From: Eledone cirrhosa
Taxonomy: Eukaryota
Reading direction: 5' to 3'
Length of the DNA: 64,000 nucleotides
NCBI GenBank assembly: GCA_964016885.1
Contig: OZ024741.1
Span: forward strand, 220,410,001 to 220,474,000
Position numbers and translations under genes: made by a program. This document shows, piece after piece, positions 63,455 to 64,000 of this stretch (the first letter of the stretch is position 1; each line of letters opens with the position of its first letter). A model generated the notes under the pieces. It was not told the DNA's origin. It saw only the letters and a list, made by a program, of their open reading frames with translations, and ran no database searches.

Positions 63455-63543
63455 AGGGGGTGTAACTAGGAGTTACTGCAGCTCACCCGGGAGAGCATTC
63501 GATGTTTAGGTTCACTTCTGTGATGAGGTGTAGAGCTATACAG

Positions 63544-63600
<57 letters not shown>

Positions 63601-63621
63601 CATATATATATATATAAAATA

Positions 63622-63827
63622 TATGTTTAATATGGAAATAGCTTCTACAAGACTAGAACTGTTTTATTCAAAAGAATACATAAGGAAAGGGCTTTCCTGA
63701 TGATTTCTTATGAATGAAACAGTTCTAGCTCTGCAGAAACTATTTTTATATTAAATATGGTGTTTACACTTTACTAATATTTTGGGTACCTTATTAACTG
63801 TGGTTACCCCCGATTGAACCTGGGACT
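63622..63827 (+). mobile_element. Fold-back family F1 copy with a hammerhead motif at 63694-63738
   Basis: ttc-CTGATGA-t-ttc-ttat-gaa-t-GAAAC-ag-ttctagct-ct-GCA-gaa (triplet mutated), followed by the family tail. Confidence 0.8.
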
Positions 63828-63919
63828 TATATATCTCCTTTTACATATCTCCTTTATATATATATATATCCTTTTCATCAGCTTTGAACATTTTCCGGGC
63901 TTATCACCTCCGTATCGAC

Positions 63920-64000
63920 AGGCGGCTAACTGTTTGTTAAAACGTCAGATAGAATGCTTTGCAGTATCCGTTTCAGCTCTCTACTCCGTGAGTTCAAATC
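63920..64000 (+). mobile_element. SINE-A head, running off the window
   Basis: Ends ..GTGAGTTCAAATC. Confidence 0.65.

Overview
AT-rich, microsatellite-dense animal genomic DNA, most likely intergenic or intronic. The SINE families and the (TA)n/(CA)n/(CATA)n load suggest a cephalopod such as Octopus; this is inference. No host gene can be called confidently, and nearly all short ORFs in the track are microsatellite artefacts. The long ORFs belong to retrotransposons: three Penelope-like elements (two Naiad-like, one Neptune-like with a large inverted pLTR), two tandem R4/Dong-like RLE LINEs in (TAA)n, an RTE LINE ending in three C2H2 fingers, an intact L1/Tx1 ORF2 in (GATA)n, and CRE/RLE/RTE fragments. 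There is also a non-autonomous Helitron, two hAT MITEs, about 20 tRNA-derived SINE copies and several minisatellites. The most interesting unexplained signal is RNA-structural. Many type I hammerhead ribozyme motifs are present, and about ten short fold-back elements, mostly beside (TA)n, have symmetry centres inside or just 5' of a hammerhead core. A candidate HDV-like ribozyme heads a non-autonomous RTE derivative, and RTE (GTAT)n tails appear to be reused as landing sites by RLE elements. All structures were read by eye and not computed.
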